A stretch of 64,000 nucleotides of DNA from Massalongia carnosa (lineage: Eukaryota), in the NCBI GenBank assembly GCA_965645245.1, contig OZ287073.1, positions 434,001 to 498,000 on the forward strand, written 5' to 3'. Below, piece by piece: positions 10,699 through 22,719 of the stretch. Numbering within the stretch: the first letter of the stretch is position 1; the number at the start of each line of letters is the position of its first letter. The notes under the pieces are model-generated. The model was given only the letters and a program-made list of their open reading frames with translations, was not told where the DNA came from and did no database searches. The position numbers and the translations under genes were made by a program.

Positions 10699-10993
10699 GC
10701 AGTAGAGGATATATAAGGGCAGGTTTTGGTTATCGATTGTCTTTTCTCTTCTTCATCTTTATTATATTCGTTTATAGTGTCCCTATGATTTGTCTCTACT
10801 CGTGGGACCCAGAAGTCTGTCGTTTCCTTTTTGGGTAAGCGTTCTACAAAGGGGTTTGACCAATAGAATCGCTTTATTATTCCCGCATTTCGCACCTAAA
10901 TGATTAAATCGAACATTCTTTTGTCAACTAATTATGATCATGACTACAACTTTTGATTTTGTGTGTCAGTATTATACTCACTTACTTAGGTGC

Positions 10994-11370
10994 TGTAAGA
11001 CGTATGCTTCTACTCAGAGGGCGTGTTGGTCACGTGAATGGGGTGTCTCAATAATGTATGTTATTGATCTATGCCCTTAGAATAAGGTGGGCATCGACCT
11101 CTTTATCCTACAGACGTGTCTCCCCCTAAGACTCCCTTATCGGATAGCCCCCAGCTATCTGATTAGTCCATATGGCTCCCGGCCCCTTTGGGCGGTTAGT
11201 GCCATCCGACATGGGTTTCCAGCCGTCCCCCTCGCCAGCCGTCCCCCTGAGACGTCATGTGGCCGACAGCGGAATCAGCCCATTAGGGTCGGGCCGGGTT
11301 CGGCGGCCGAGTCCATGCTGATGCCCCTTTTCCGTATCCTTCTCCGTAGTCTCTATGGCAGGTCCTGACA
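10994..11370. mobile_element. Solo LTR
   Basis: TGT...ACA ends; TSD GGTGC at 10989-10993 and 11371-11375. Confidence 0.8.
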
Positions 11371-12020
11371 GGTGCCCGAACAACTTTCCGACCTCTCATT
11401 GCCGCCCGCAATGCGACGATTGAGTCGTGTTTTCACTTCGTTTAAGCGACAGCGTCCCCGAGATAGAAAATTTCAATGATAGATTAAGTGTTGAATATCC
11501 AATTCCTACCAGCACAATGAACACCTATCAATTCAATGAACATAGCACCTACGGCTGCCCTAGATTGACAGATGATCTACGGAAACCGGTAGATGCCGCA
11601 TTAGGCTTAGTCCCAAGATAAGATAAGATCACCTCGCTTAGAAGGGTGACCAGTAATAGGAAAAGATTGCTGCATAGCAACTCTTCATCCTTAACATCAC
11701 GGTCATACATACCTTTATTATTACATAGCCATATAGCCATAGTCATATACCTATTTCAACAGGTTATGAGCCCGGAAGGGTGCTATCGATTTAAAACGAA
11801 TCGAAGCTTTTAATCCGCAGCATCGCAGTGCAATCAGCTAAGCATCGTTCCTATTCAATGAATCGTAGACACATGACTAAAATCTTTCTGTGTCTTTAGA
11901 AACGATCCCTCAAATCACATCAATCAGTTCTCTCTTCTGTACACAGCGATTTCTTGTCAGAAGCACAAAAATTGCGTGTTAGAAAGAGCATGAACACATT
12001 GATCGTACTACACCGAAGCC

Positions 12021-12463
12021 CTCGGACACCAAAGAGCTTGCTAAGCTCGATGGTCGAAGGCACCCAAGTCCTCGGACACCAAAGAGCTTGCTAAGCTCGA
12101 TGGTCGAAGGCACCCAAGTCCTCGGACACCAAAGAGCTTGCTAAGCTCGATGGTCGAAGGCAATCAAGTCCTCGGACACCAAAGAGCTTGCTAAGCTCGA
12201 TGGTCGAAGGCAATCAAGTCCTCGGACACCAAAGAGCTTGCTAAGCTCGATGGTCGAAGGCAATCAGGTCCTCGGACACCAAAGACCTTGCTAAGCTCGA
12301 TGGTCCAAGGCAACCAAGTCCTCGGACACCAAAGAGCTTGCTAAGCTCGATGGTCGAAGGCAATCAAGTCCTCGGACACCATCGAGCTTGCTAAGCTCGA
12401 TGGTCGAAGGCACCCAAGTCCTCGGACACCAAAAGAGCTCGCTAAGCTCGATGGTCGATGGCA
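12021..12463 (+). repeat. 50-bp tandem array (9 units) in the Copia-1 leader
   Basis: Unit CTCGGACACCAAAGAGCTTGCTAAGCTCGATGGTCGAAGGCA(CC/AT)CAAGTC with exact period 50; a degenerate extra unit at about 12566-12610. Confidence 0.97.
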
Positions 12464-12957
12464 AAAAAGTATATTGCTGGGCCTGAGCGCCCCATTGGTA
12501 CAAATATCATCAAAGCGTCGGTTTCAACCGCGATTGAATTCTGGACACGCAAAATACAAAATCCATCGGACATCAAAGAGCTTAGTAAACTCATTGATCG
12601 AAGGCACAAAGACCTTTCTTTTTGGCAATTATGCCTCATTAAGGCACTAGGTGAGATTGTGCGGCAGTTGCTTCTTATTATTTAATCGGCCCAAGGCCGG
12701 TTAAATCAAATTGGAAGAACCCTGCGCTCAATTTCATTTTGGTCAATTGGACCCTTGAAAAAGCCTAAGTTGAAATTCTCATCATGGCAAACAAGCATGT
12801 TAAGCAAACAGGTTTCTCTGTTGAGACATTAGAGTGGACACTGGCTAAGGAGGGACAGTCTTTTCCTTGTCTATAAGAAAGGTCACAGATCCACATTCTT
12901 TCAGTCACTACTTATACAAGTTTCTCGCCTTGTTCAATTGCTCCCCATTCTCCCATT

Positions 12958-13874
12958 ATGTCTATCATAGATATGTCACATCTTTTGGAGAAGGCCGAAA
13001 GATATTCGGCATGGGCAAGCTATACGAAGGGCAATCTGCTCAAGAATAACTGCGAAGGAGCCCTTCTAGAGAATCAATCAGAAATCACCGCTGAAACCAT
13101 CAAGGAAGGTTTAATACAAGCAGGCTTCGACGCCAAAGGTCTTTCTGTCAGCATCTTGGTAAAAGAGCTGCGTGACGAGAAGAATAGACAGAAGGCCGAG
13201 ATGACCAAGGCTATAGGAATCATTCACGGATTAGTTGCGGAGTGCCATTACAGCCTCATCGACAACAAGAATGCGGCAGAAATGTGGAAAATCCTGAAGG
13301 ATAGATTCCAAGATATAGCACCAATGAGCATCAGCGACATCATTCTGAAGGTTAGTTCTAAGAAGATGACTGACTTCGAGACCACCAGCCTATACTGTGC
13401 AGAGTACGAGAGCGCTTTAAACAAAATTAAAGGAATGCTGGACGACAAGGCCAAAGTGGATGTGCATACCGTGGAGTTCATGCTTCAGGGAATGATGCTG
13501 GGTAACACCACAGACGTCTATTCCCCATTGATAGCCCAACTTCGACGAGATTGGACACACGAAACCACAAACCTGTCGGAAGCAATGAAGACCATTGTTG
13601 CTTATTCTGTCAACATGAAAACACCAAGGCATTTCATATCAGCACACCTGACTCGAGAGGTCGAGCCCCATTTGGGACCTGCACCTTCTCTGAATGTGTC
13701 GAGAGAAAGAACACTCGTCATTGGCCAGATAACTGTTGGCAGAAGTTTCCACAGCTAAAAAGACATAGAAGTTCGCTCGAATCCGGAAGAGCAAAGAAAC
13801 AAAAGACTACCTCGTCAGAAACGAAGGCGGACTTACCTCATACATCACCCAACATTCCAACGGTGAGTAGTTGA
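12958..13874 (+). pseudogene. Copia-1 gag (frameshift near 13625)
   Basis: Copia gag-like AAEMWKILKDRF; the Zn knuckle CTFSECVERKNTRHWPDNC lies in a second frame that ends at TGA 13872-13874. Confidence 0.75.
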
Positions 13875-13937
13875 CTCACAGGTCATGGCCACAAGACTGC
13901 AAAAAGTCATGACCATGACGAATCTGAACAAGAACTC

Positions 13938-16900
13938 GTGGTTATTGGCAGCGCTGCAGATATGCACGTATGCAACCACAGATACTCGTTCACTGACTAT
14001 ACGAGCTACTCCACTGATCTAGCAGGGTCAACGTCCACAGGAACGTCGCCAGGAAGAGGAACCATTCATAAGACATTGATCATGGAGGACGGCTTACCCT
14101 CGTCGATACTGATTCTTAACAATGTTCTCTACATTCCTCAATGTCCGGTGAACCTTGTGAGTTTGGGAATGCTGATTCAACACGATATCTTCTATGACAA
14201 TTCAAACTGGAGACTGTTCATGGGATCCACTGCAAAAGTCATAGGGCACGTACCGAGAGTTGACAACAACTTCATGCTACAGACCGTTGACACCCCAGAT
14301 ATGAGGATGCATTTGAGCAAAGTGGACGAGGACACCTATCAAGGACTGGACGTCACTATCTGTCAAATATCTGTCAAATCAAAACTCACTACATGGCATG
14401 CAAGGCTTGGTCATCTCAACATTCCGACGTGTCGAAAATATTTGAAAACGCTAGACATAACGTACGATGACGATATCAACCAAGGTTGGTTTTGCCATGC
14501 ATGCGAAATGGGAAAAGCCAAAAAGATATACAACCGAACACAGCGAGAGAGGGCCACAGAGCTCTTTCAAAAGATAAACTCTGACCTAGTGGGACCAATC
14601 AAGCCAGCAGGACTTCTTGAAGAACTTTACTTCTTCACTTTCACCTGTGATGCTAGCAGATACACTCATGTCTATACCGGACACAAGAAGAGTGAATGGT
14701 TTGATCACTTGTTGACGTACTACAGCATGGCCCAAAACAAATCTGGAAAGGCTAAACCCATAAGTAGTTTTCGCACTGACTTCGGTACGGAGCTTCGCAG
14801 TCACAAGTCAGACGTTTGGTTCCTGGAACAAGGCATAACGTTTGAACCAGCTGCTCCATACTCTCAAGAAGAAAACGGAGTCGCGGAACGAATGGGCAGA
14901 ACCATCATGGACATGACAAGATGCAGTGTCATTGCCGGAGACATTCCCGATTACTTGTTGGCAGAAGTAGTTCTAGCCATGGTTCACACCAAGAACGTCA
15001 GACCAACCAACGCCTTGGCAGGTAAAACCCCGTATGAGATCTTCGAGAAGAAGTCACCTAAGCTGGATCACCTGAGAATTCTCGGATCCACAGTCTATGC
15101 GTTGATTCACGAAGAAGAGCGAAAAGGACTAAACAGCAAGGCTGCTAAATTTTCTCCGAGGGCTCAGAAAGGAATCCTGTGTGGATATGACGGAAGCACC
15201 ATCTATCGCGTCTTTATGGAAAAAGACTACAAGGTCATCAGGGTCAAGGACTTACGGATTCATGAAGACGCCACATTCAAAGATGGGACCGATCTACCCA
15301 CGTACGATTCCATAATGATTCAAAACGAGAAAGATACCACACTCGAAATCAGTCCCACTCCTTCAAAAGACCAACCAGAGTTGAATTCCAAGATAAGTGA
15401 AATCCCCAAACGTGGACGAGGTAGACCCAGAAAACACGCCCATGTCGCACAAGTGCTTAGTCTCCTGTCAAATGAGGCATTAAGTGAACCAGAACACATC
15501 CCCACACTGGCAGATAGAGACGAAGAAGACCCACTCATACTTCTGGCCAAAGAACTGGAAATAGAGGGAGCAGCATACCTGAACGACTACGATGCGTTCA
15601 TTCAGTCAGACACAGCTGAGCCACAAACATATCATCAAGCAATGAACTCCAAATACGCAAACGAATGGAGTCTGGCAATGGATGAGGAGATCAAAAGTCT
15701 GCTGGAGAACAACACCTGGGATACATTATCCACCGAGTCCATGGAACCCGGACATATAGTCTTGAGTGGCAAATGGGTATTCAAGCTGAAACGGGACGTA
15801 AATGGAAAGATCGTTCGCTTTAAAGCCAGATGGGTTGTCAAAGGATATCTACAACAATACGGAGTAGATTTCGATCAAACCTTTGCATCTGTGGTCAAAC
15901 CAATGGCTTTTCGCTTGCTATTCGCGCTAGCTGCCCATCATGATCTGGACATCGAGCAACTGGATATAGTGACAGCTTTTCTGAACGGTCTCATCGATCA
16001 ACTCATCTGTGTCCACATGCCGAAAGGATATGACACAGCTGGCATGGTGTGCAGGCTGAATAAAGCCCTGTACGGTTTGAAACAGTCTCCGCGTCTCTGG
16101 TATGAACGACTATCAGCTTTTCTATTGAGCAAATTAGGACTGGAGAAACTCCACGCAGATCATAGCATCTTCGTCACATCTCAAGGGATAAAAGGGCCCA
16201 TTGTTACCTCTTTCGTTGACGATTTGAACATCATAGGCCCAAAGGGTTCCCCGATGATCACCGAAGTCAAGAAACAGCTCAAGCTAGCTTTCAAGATGGT
16301 AGACATGGGACCAATCAGCTACTATTTAGGCCTCAAAGTCGAACGAGATCGAGTCAACAAAACCATAAAGCTATCTCAACCAGCCTATATCGAGAAGGTA
16401 TTGGAAAGATTCCATATGCAAACCGCAAAGACAACAAACACTCCCATGCGAGAAGGCTGTCTCTTCATCAATGAATCTCAGGCCTCCGACAAGGACATAA
16501 AGCAATATCAAACCATGGTTGGATCCATCATGTTCGCAATGATAGAAACCAGGCCAGACATAGCTTTCGCAACGTCCGTAGTCAGTCGCCATGCAAAGAA
16601 TCCAGGGAAAACACATATGGAAGCGGCCAAACACATTCTCAGATACCTTAGCGGTACCAAGAATAGAGGCATCACCTTCGGTGGGGGAGATTTATGTATA
16701 CAAGGATATTCTGACTCTGACTGGGCCGGAGACAAAGAGCAGCGAAAATCCACCTCGGGTTATGTGTTCATGCTGAACAATGGACCAATAAGCTGGTGTT
16801 CCAAAAGACAAACGACCGTCGCATTGTCATCAACCGAAGCAGAGTATATGGCACTCGCCTTAGCAGCAAAGGAGGCTACATGGCTACGTTTACTGATGAC

Positions 16901-17207
16901 TGAACTCGGATTGATGACTTCTGATGACGGATCCCCGACAATAAACATGTTAAGAGGAGAAGGCACAATTGCATTGAAAGGCGACAACCAAAGCGCCATA
17001 GCACTGGCCAATAATCCCGTATTACACTCCAGGACCAAGCATATCGACATTCAGCACCACTTCATACGAAACGAGGTGCTAGAAGGAAGAATCGACCTCA
17101 CCTATGTTCCGACCGAAGACATGTTTGCAGATGGACTGACAAAACCCCTTACGCACGTCAAGTTCTTCTCCTTTATCAGACAGCTCAACATGGACAAACA
17201 GACATGA
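13938..17207 (+). CDS. Copia-1 Pol (protease remnant, GAG-pre-integrase, integrase, AT-hook, RT, RNase H)
   Basis: WHARLGH, CHAC, SDLVGP/RTDFG/ENGVAER, KARWV, LYGLKQ, FVDD, YSDSDW, STEAEY, RTKHID, ADGLTK. Confidence 0.93.
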   Translation: MVIGSAADMHVCNHRYSFTDYTSYSTDLAGSTSTGTSPGRGTIHKTLIMEDGLPSSILILNNVLYIPQCPVNLVSLGMLIQHDIFYDNSNWRLFMGSTAKVIGHVPRVDNNFMLQTVDTPDMRMHLSKVDEDTYQGLDVTICQISVKSKLTTWHARLGHLNIPTCRKYLKTLDITYDDDINQGWFCHACEMGKAKKIYNRTQRERATELFQKINSDLVGPIKPAGLLEELYFFTFTCDASRYTHVYTGHKKSEWFDHLLTYYSMAQNKSGKAKPISSFRTDFGTELRSHKSDVWFLEQGITFEPAAPYSQEENGVAERMGRTIMDMTRCSVIAGDIPDYLLAEVVLAMVHTKNVRPTNALAGKTPYEIFEKKSPKLDHLRILGSTVYALIHEEERKGLNSKAAKFSPRAQKGILCGYDGSTIYRVFMEKDYKVIRVKDLRIHEDATFKDGTDLPTYDSIMIQNEKDTTLEISPTPSKDQPELNSKISEIPKRGRGRPRKHAHVAQVLSLLSNEALSEPEHIPTLADRDEEDPLILLAKELEIEGAAYLNDYDAFIQSDTAEPQTYHQAMNSKYANEWSLAMDEEIKSLLENNTWDTLSTESMEPGHIVLSGKWVFKLKRDVNGKIVRFKARWVVKGYLQQYGVDFDQTFASVVKPMAFRLLFALAAHHDLDIEQLDIVTAFLNGLIDQLICVHMPKGYDTAGMVCRLNKALYGLKQSPRLWYERLSAFLLSKLGLEKLHADHSIFVTSQGIKGPIVTSFVDDLNIIGPKGSPMITEVKKQLKLAFKMVDMGPISYYLGLKVERDRVNKTIKLSQPAYIEKVLERFHMQTAKTTNTPMREGCLFINESQASDKDIKQYQTMVGSIMFAMIETRPDIAFATSVVSRHAKNPGKTHMEAAKHILRYLSGTKNRGITFGGGDLCIQGYSDSDWAGDKEQRKSTSGYVFMLNNGPISWCSKRQTTVALSSTEAEYMALALAAKEATWLRLLMTELGLMTSDDGSPTINMLRGEGTIALKGDNQSAIALANNPVLHSRTKHIDIQHHFIRNEVLEGRIDLTYVPTEDMFADGLTKPLTHVKFFSFIRQLNMDKQT

Positions 17208-18176
17208 GAGGTTAAGAAGTTCAATCACGGTTGAATCTACGATGGAAACAAGTACTGGTAGGACTTGAGGGGGGGTGTTGAATATCCAATTCCTACCAGC
17301 ACAATGAACACCTATCAGTTCAATGAACATAGCACCTACGGCTGCCCTAGATTGACAGATGATCTACGGAAACCGGTAGATGCCGCATTAGGCTTAGTCC
17401 CAAGATAAGATAAGATCACCTCGCTTAGAAGGGTGACCAGTAATAGGAAAAGATTGCTGCATAGCAACTCTTCATCCTTAACATCACGGTCATACATACC
17501 TTTATTATTACATAGCCATATAGCCATAGTCATATACCTATTTCAACACATAGGCCATGTACAGTTCTGCACATAAACTCTCCATTCGGCAGTTTCTATC
17601 GTCATATTTGGGTAAACTAAGATAGGTCTTGCAATGGGAGCTTGAGCGCCCCGAATGCCTTATGCGGAATTTCGGCTGATATGACATTTTCAATAGGTTT
17701 GAAGGAATATCATGGATGTCCAAATGATAGCTTACATATAAATATATACTTGAGTCGCACTAAAGCGTTAAGATGGCTGTTCATAAACCTAATCAAATAA
17801 ATGAGTCTCTCTAAGGCTTGCGTAATCCTCTCAACTTATTCTTTCTTAAGCGCGGTACTATCGCTCGTTGTCGTTGACATTCGATTGACTTTCGTTGCCT
17901 ACTTCAATAGAGTCAACGACTGTTCTGATATTGAACATATACCAATTAATCAATACATGAAGTAGAAACGACACCGCCTCCAGCCGTACTCGCATCTGCA
18001 CTTGCATCCGTACGGGATTCATTTACTGTGAGATCAAATCTATTAACGCCGGTTTCACTATTTCGGATTTCTTTCATAGTGATATGAAGTTGACCAATGA
18101 TTCGCGTTTAAGTGAGTAAATAGCACTCGTGACTGCTTAGCGAATTGTGCATGGATATTAACGATCGTGCTATGAA

Positions 18177-20007
18177 TCAATGTTTAATTCTCCCACGTTG
18201 AGTGGGAGAGAGCGGGAACCTATTGAGATCAAGCGATTTTCGGGGCCTATGTGAAGCGGACGGTGAGGAAGGACCTGTGAGCTTGGCGGGAGAGAGCGAA
18301 CGCAATCGATTTTTTACACTTGTGTACCATACTCCTGTCTTGTTTAAAAAACTTCTCGTTGTGCTAAGGCCATCCACACAGTCCATTACGGTAACGTCAA
18401 CAACTATATCATAGCTCAGCATGATAACAGTATGAATGGACGACGAAAGACTTACTTTTACTTGCATTGAACAGTCTCGTCTGGACCTCGGCCTTGGGCA
18501 AGCCACTTTCGGCACACATGGCCGCTATGTACCAAAGGGCTTTGTCGTACCTATTATGTGAGTTGGGTGCGGCTGGGATTAGGCCTGCATCAAGGACAGC
18601 TCTATGAAAGATTGAAGCCGTTTCGCCAACATCCGACTTCCTATTTTTTTCTAGCCATTCATCTTTATCCCACCTACAGGCCCTGGGAGCCAGTATCCCT
18701 AATCGTCGAACAAACTTTTCAGCTAAATTCAGAGAACCGATGCGGTAATGAAGTATCTCCCAAATCGTTTCCCAGGTTCCTTCCTTTAGCAGATGGGGGG
18801 TATGGATGCATTGATTGATCAACATATGTGGTCTATGATTTGGTGCTAGACTATCACGCCCCGGAAAACCTTTCATATAGGCCTTGGCTTGATTTGATAT
18901 TGCTTTGCGCACTGCTCGTAAGCTTCCACCATAGTTTGATGCTGCCATAACGACATGTGCTGCTCCAGGGTGTGCCGCTTCCCAGGCATTCACCTCTTCC
19001 GTTGTGCAACTTCTGTCGAGCCGTATATCAATTACATTTCTTGGAGGAATCTCACGAAGTAGTTTGAGGCGGGCTGCGTAATGACTAAGGGGAATACCTG
19101 TACGGCAGGTATAAAGGTCCTCCCAACGATCATTATGAACATTGAATGCATGACCATGTGTATGACCGAAACGGGGATCGATAATATCTAGCAATTCTGA
19201 AGTGATGGCCTCGGAGAATTCTTTCGTATTCATGGGCTGCTCGAGAAGCTCCTCTCTAGTCTGGGCCGCACGTGTACTTAAGACGTTGATGACCGCGGAT
19301 AGATACATAGAACCATCGGTGCGGCCTAGTGTGTTCGTTTTTGGCCACGACTCCGATACCTGGTCACTGCCCGCTGCGGTCATAACCGTTATGCGACTTC
19401 GACCGGTTTCATCGCGCAAGTCGGGAGTTATGGCCCACCCACCCGAGTAGCAGCTGGTCATAAGCATGGTTACCTGAACCCCATCCAACTCCGATAATAT
19501 CTCTGAAACTGCCTTTACTGTGAGCAAGGGACCATTTTCATCAATTCCGCCGATTTCCACACCAAATTCCATCTCTTCTCCATGAGCAAACACACACAAC
19601 AAGATCGGCTCTCCCTGAGCCAGTGCGCTAACACATTCCGATCGAAAATACTCCAGGAACTTTGGTAGAAGATCAGCCGGTGTCTCGATACGTAGAGTGG
19701 CAGGGTCTGGTTGTTGGTGGGCGTCCAAGACGACACGGCGGGATCGGTAACAGTTTCCATGAGCATACTCTCCATATCGCTTTGTGATGTGTGCAATATT
19801 TAGACATGTAAACCACCGCTGGGTTTTTCCAAGATCGTGAAATAAGTAATTGAGCATAGAAAAATCAGAGACCATCCACCCATCAATGCAAGGATCGCAA
19901 GAGAACTTATCCACATCTTTGTGATAGTAGTCATTTGCCCCTAGTAGACCTATGATGTGTGTGGTGGGTTCTATGTCTGGAATACTCGTTGTGTGAAATT
20001 TAGACAT
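18177..20007 (-). CDS. Putative clan CD (caspase/legumain-like fold) cysteine peptidase, 2 exons
   Basis: 532-aa ORF with VFAHG and MLMTSCYSGGW, a His-Gly/Cys dyad pattern after hydrophobic strands. Predicted 52-nt intron 18404-18455 (GTAAGT...GCTGAG...TAG) joins in phase to the 18177 frame. Confidence 0.6.
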
Positions 20008-20332
20008 GTTAAGACCTGTGAGATGAACAATTGAATAGGTTCAAGTTATATCGTGCTTTACCTCGAAGAAAAGAAGGGATAAAAACGGGCTACTTATAAC
20101 AGTAGCGAATGCCGGGTAGACCTTTCACAATGATTCTTTTCATACAAAAACAAGGGGCAAATCGGGAACTGGCCCTGGATGCAAGCAGTTGCGAGTAGCT
20201 CCCAGGGCAACTAGCTCGGGGCTCGCTGAGCTGCGGTGGGATTGGTCTAATGATGGATGGATAACAGGTTGCTCGACGAAGTATTATGAATGTGATTTAA
20301 CTCTCCAACAGGGATTTGTTTTAAACTTTGTA

Positions 20333-22498
20333 TCCCTCTCGCTGTCATTCTAGCACCCCCCCCCAAGCTAAACCATTGTTGGTTAGAAAGCGCTAAACCT
20401 TAAACTTTTGACCAATCAATGTTATTCCTATTCACAAGAAGTTGTACGGAGTATCAGATACCTATTTACTCGTCCCCTATCATATGAATAGCTTCCCAAC
20501 AGCTGGCTTTCTTACAGCAGGGCCTGATTGGATTACATCCTCCACAAGCCCATATAGTCTGAGCACCCCTTCGCCTTCTTTTACGCCCATCGACACTTAT
20601 TTCAGCCAGTGGCTCTCCCTTCCGCTTTGAAGGTCGTTTTTTCTCGGCGTTACATTGCACACATCTTTTTCTGCCTTCAAGACGAACGTAATGATGAATG
20701 GGAGATGGTACTAAAGCATCAATCGTGGTATTGATGCTTATCTTTGATGAGCCGGGCCTGATGCCCGCTTGATTTGATATCAGTTCAAGAGCAATCCGAC
20801 GAAGAAATTCAGAACGAGTAAATTTTATCTCCTCGGAATCGAAAGAGTTCAGCGAGTAAAGTTTATAGGCATTCAATCCGGCTGCATCTAAAATAAAAAT
20901 GAACAAAGGCCACCAGTAACGATCCGTTCGACGATTGTATGAGTAAATCGCTCGTTGCTGAGCGTTTCCATCCGATCCCCCCATATGAAGATTATATTCT
21001 TTGATTGGGGCTGGTATCGGTAATCCTAAGGGCCGTTGAACCTCTTGATTGAGCAAGGGAATGGAGTGAGCCAGAGTTGATGGGAAATACGATACAATAG
21101 GTTGAAGAGAGGTCTCGGGAATTCCATATCTCTTGTGCGGATTTATAGTGCATTTCGTACAAGTCCTGAGGAGAATGACCGGTGGTCATGTACTGCACAC
21201 CATTATTATCCACCCAGCCCATACAAAGCACCTTATCGTCGACCACCATATGGGCCTGAAGACCCCAGTCTTTTCCTTTTGAAGTGACGTCCCGTATGGC
21301 CAACAATTCTTCTGGAAAGCCCGAGCCCTTTTTAGCAGTTCCACTGGCAGCTATTCCGATTGATCGAAGTGCCTTGAATAATTTCGTACTAGTAAAGAAA
21401 TTATCACAGAAAAGATGATAATTCAGTGAGGATGGAAGTTCTTTACATAACTGAATCACTAGCAAAGCACTAGGAGTTAGTTTATCTTTTGGCAAAAATC
21501 CCAATTGTCTGACTGTTTTCAATTCACTTATTCTGCTACTCTTCGAGGCAAACATAAATGACAACAGATAATTATCCTGACAGAGACTGTAGATTTTAAA
21601 TCCTTTATGGGCACTTTTTGTAGTAATCTGCAAGGTATGTCGAGAACGGCCCTTGAATAACACCAGCTGTTCATCTATAGATATCATACTTCCTGGTCTG
21701 CAATGTTTCAATGAAGTCTTTCGGAAATCAGTAGCCAACGGTTCCAGTTTCTTCCACCAATCAGGTCCTTGACCAAGTCCGATAGGCTCAGTCTGTCCAT
21801 TATTGATTTTCAAAAATCGTTTGATTTGTTGAAATCGACCAAGCGACATCGCGGACAGAATAGGCATGATAACTGGTTTGTCAGGACGTTGATTCCAATA
21901 ATCCTCTGTAGCAGGTAGATGATCGAGTCCCATAAGAATTAATATGCCCAAAAAAACCTCAATTTCCGAGTCAGTAGTGTCAGTCCAAACCCGATGATTG
22001 TTCTCCTTCTCCTTTTCCATGTAGTTATTTGCCTTGATATTGGTATGATTTGCGATGATACGACAATGCTGCCTTGTTATAAATAACCGAAATAATCCCA
22101 AAGGATTTCGAGAATCGTTTTCAACGAGCGGAACAAAAGGCCTGTTTTCAACCCGAATGGGGATATATTTTGAGGAAATAGGGGGAAGGTCGATTAAAAT
22201 ATCCCGAACACTTCTTTTGCGATTTATTTTATGTTGATTCGCTGAAATGGGAGATTTGTCTGATACACTCGGGATTTCTTCTTCATTGAGCGTCATACTT
22301 ATAATATCAATTCCGAAGCTAGAAGAATAGTAATTTATGTGATTTATTTTGATTGAATGACCGAATAGTATTCTTTGAAAAGTAAACAAACGCGCAAACA
22401 CTCTAGAGAAAACTAATGTTCTGATGACTCATCGGTGCGGAAGCTAGTCCAATATAGATTAGCTTGGGGGGGGGGTGCTAGAATGACAGCGAGAGGGA
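20333..22498 (-). mobile_element. piggyBac-like DNA transposon 1
   Basis: About 40-bp TIRs TCCCTCTCGCTGTCATTCTAGCACCCCCCCCCAAGCTAA and reverse complement; DDD transposase inside; flanks TGTA / TACA. Confidence 0.9.
20466..22296 (-). pseudogene. piggyBac-type transposase (frameshift near 21100)
   Basis: SIDEQL, FCDNFFTS, YNLHMGGSD and a C-terminal Cys-rich domain (CVQC...CGGC..CC..CW..H), split over ORFs 20992-22401 and 20466-21056. Confidence 0.85.
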
Positions 22499-22719
22499 TA
22501 CATTAACCTCAGCCGCAAAAGTCTTCCCTGTTATCTGATAAGAAATAACATGTGTAAGCCCAATACAGTTTGACACATGCTTCAACACTTCTCGTTCAAC
22601 CATTTTACTCTTTTTATTTCTGTTTATCATGTGGAGTTGATCCATTTACACACCACTCGAGTAAATCATCTTTTCAAATGATTCTGATAAAAAGATGAAT
22701 CGTCTCTCACGCATGGGAA

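Larger units (their letters stand above)
3572..10799 (+). mobile_element. Degenerate LTR of the TRIM/Gypsy-2 family, split by Gypsy-1
   Basis: 3572-3706 matches the 5' half of LTR 954-1204 (TGTCAC changed to TATCAC); the match resumes at 10699 and runs to about 10799. Confidence 0.8.
11489..17548 (+). mobile_element. Copia LTR retrotransposon (Copia-1)
   Basis: 273-bp LTRs at 11489-11761 and 17276-17548, one difference seen; PBS GGTTATGAGCCC at 11762; PPT GAGGGGGGG; domain order IN-RT-RH. Flanks do not form a TSD. Confidence 0.97.

Noticed and set aside
12021..12463. CRISPR-like array (palindromic repeats at a fixed period)
   Set aside because: No unique spacers and no cas genes; a head-to-tail minisatellite inside a Copia leader.
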